A stretch of 64,000 nucleotides of DNA from Lepidodermella squamata. Lineage: Eukaryota; Animalia; Gastrotricha. The notes under the pieces are model-generated. The model worked only from the letters and a program-made list of their open reading frames with translations. It searched no databases and was not told where the DNA came from. A program made the translations under genes and the position numbers. Shown one piece after another: positions 62,490-64,000 of the stretch. Positions within the stretch are counted from its first letter, which is position 1. Each line of letters begins with the position of its first letter. The stretch spans positions 496,001-560,000 of the forward strand of contig JBLDXI010000029.1 in the NCBI GenBank assembly GCA_047495785.1, in the 5' to 3' direction.

Positions 62490-63892
62490 ATGGCGTTACC
62501 AGCTGGGTCGACGGTGGAAAAAGCGTTGCGGTTGTTGCGTGGACTGCCGCGCGTTGCCATGAATAATATCGCTGAGTTGCCGAATACGCCGCGGAAGCCG
62601 AGACGCGGCCGCGGCCAGCACCACGGCTATGAGTATGGCTTCGAGCCGAAACACTGTCCGCGGCACCGCAATGAAATGCACCCGTTAGGCTTCGAAGGCG
62701 GCTCCATTCCGTACTACATGCGCATGCCCAAGCAGCCGTACTACGCTGGACATCAGTAATTTTTTAGTTTTTTATTGTTCTAATACAGCGATCTCAATGC
62801 AAACAATGAGAATGCGGCAAAATGCCATTTTAATGTATTTACGAAGAATTTAAGGCTCCGGCGCAAGATTTGACCATTTTTCAGTTCTCGTTTTCATTGG
62901 AATTTCTGTTTTTCATTATCTCTTAGCGGCCAGTTTGCAATCATACTTGGGTCTGTAGAGACGATATCGAATACAATTATCGATGTTAAAAATCAGTGAT
63001 TTTTCCGATACCAAAAGTCTATGAAACGCGCATTTGGGATTCTACCAATTTGAGTGGACTAGTTTTAGCTGTGATTGAAATCTTAGGATCACATGTTTTA
63101 AATCTCGGTTTTCGGATTTTATTCATTAAATTCCGCGCCCAACAGTGGGTCTAAATTTATCTTGGAGTTCTATATCTTGGAATTGTTTCATGTTTTATCC
63201 ACTCATAGTGCAAAACAGCAATATCCGCCATTCACGCTGATGCAACTGCAACGAGCGTTGGATCTCGGCCGATTGGATCCGGCACAGCCGATTGACCTCA
63301 CAGCAATCTGCAACGCATTGGCGCTCCGTTTCGACATTCACGAGGAACGCCATGGTGGGATTATGCTCTCAGATGAGGTAAGTAAACAGGAAATAACTAG
63401 ATTCACTTGCATAAATACACGAATTTTCAGGGAGCCGACATTTTCGCCGCTAAGATCAACATCGAGGTGCAACGGGCGTCTGAATTGGCGATTGCGGCTA
63501 TTGAGCGCAATGGCGGGACCGTGACCACGCGGTATTTCGACCCGCTGGCGCTTGAAGCCGTCGTTGATCCCGCTGCGTTCTTCAAACGCGGCTCGCCGAT
63601 TCCCCGATGTGCACTTCCGCCAGCCAGCGAAATTCCGTACTACGCATCGGCGCGCAATCGCGGCTACCTGGCGAATCCTGCCGAAGTGGCTGAGGAACGG
63701 AAGATTCTGGCGCAGAAGTATGGCTACACGCTGCCGGATCTGGACCGAGATCCGGATGCGGCTATGCTGAAGCTGAAAAAAGACCCGCGGCAGATATTCT
63801 GGGGTCTGGAACCCGGTTGGGTGGTGAATCTTCGCGACCGGGCTGTTTACAAGCCGACGAATCCGGAACTGCTCAAATTCTACGCTGCTTGA
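62490..63892 (+). CDS. MRPL15: Mitochondrial ribosomal protein L15; exons 62490-62755, 63209-63377, 63431-63892
   Basis: LGFEGGSIPYY, YPP..L.QLQ...DLGRLD..QPIDLT, GADIFAAKINIEVQ.ASELAIAAIERNGG, KDPRQIFWGLEPGWVVNL. Confidence 0.95.
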
Positions 63893-64000
63893 TTACTTTA
63901 GTCTAGTCGAAACTGCTAGCGTTGTGCTTCAAGGTGCCATAAATAAAAAGCCTTAACAGTTTTTACTTTATTGCCAAATTGGCTTTTAAACTATTTGCAA

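Overview
Eukaryotic (invertebrate metazoan) genomic DNA with many 52-65 nt GT-AG introns; no prokaryotic, CRISPR, rRNA or tRNA features were recognised. Three zones. (1) Tightly packed conserved genes: a Cys-loop channel subunit, a C2H2 zinc-finger gene, Bre1 and PDZD8 (0.7-14.3 kb), AP1M1 (27.8-29.2 kb), and ATRAID, HDAC3, ALDH4A1, RAB33, BDH2, AGBL5 and MRPL15 (47-64 kb). These form co-directional runs with 3' splice-acceptor-like sites just upstream of their ATGs, suggestive of trans-spliced operons. (2) A nest of non-autonomous DNA-transposon/foldback elements (15.5-25.7 kb), followed by an atypical kinase with two Cys/His modules. (3) The most unusual part, a ~17.4 kb patchwork (29.5-46.9 kb) of short fragments from several divergent LTR retroelements: copia LTR/PBS/gag/protease, a gypsy-type gag, a fusion-protein-like env, and at least three unrecognised recurring protein families that look like accessory ORFs. 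Nearly all fragments are on the + strand, antisense to the flanking minus-strand genes, which resembles a uni-strand (flamenco-like) small-RNA cluster sampling an apparently undescribed lineage of enveloped retroelements. Family assignments come from motif recognition by eye; no database searches were run.
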